Shown here: positions 63,886 to 64,000 of the stretch, piece by piece
How positions within the stretch are numbered: the stretch's first letter is position 1
Layout: the number at the start of each line of letters is the position of its first letter
Assembly: GCA_051294375.1 (NCBI GenBank)
Contig: CM119269.1
Coordinates: 4,918,686 to 4,982,685, forward strand
From: Paraspadella gotoi
Taxonomy: Eukaryota > Animalia > Chaetognatha
Length of the DNA stretch: 64,000 bases
Reading direction: 5' to 3'
Program-made: the position numbers and the translations under genes
Notes under the pieces: model-generated
Seen by the model: only the letters and a program-made list of their open reading frames with translations
Told to the model about the DNA's origin: nothing
Databases searched by the model: none

Positions 63886-64000
63886 AAAAGACCTTGAATT
63901 GACATTTTTTTCATAAATTTATTTTAAAAATAATTTTAAAAATGATTTTCCGATTCCATCTGCAATTAAAAGACTCATGACTTATCATCTGGTTAGCTGC

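Overview
Eukaryotic, probably animal, draft-genome window. It has spliceosomal GT-AG introns, dense (CT/GA)n, (GTC)n, (TAA)n and (TTTC)n microsatellites, many N gaps and noisy duplicated segments. I cannot identify the organism. Positions 1-30 kb contain no gene I can recognise. Positions 31-63 kb contain parts of five multi-exon genes: NAGPA-like, a secreted EGF/laminin-G protein, PRPSAP, an Mpr1/Spt10-type GNAT acetyltransferase (all + strand) and TMLHE (- strand). The region also has a frameshifted DIRS1-type retrotransposon with inverted terminal repeats, a tRNA-derived SINE and a palindromic MITE. The main oddity is exon order: the + strand genes are cut into blocks whose exons are in the correct order within each block, but the blocks themselves run in reverse (right to left). 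Junctions fall at microsatellites and some share short overlapping sequence. A scaffolding artefact is the most likely cause, but real rearrangement is testable. Once unscrambled, the PRPSAP has an insertion loop of about 190 aa and starts about 220 bp downstream of the GNAT gene.
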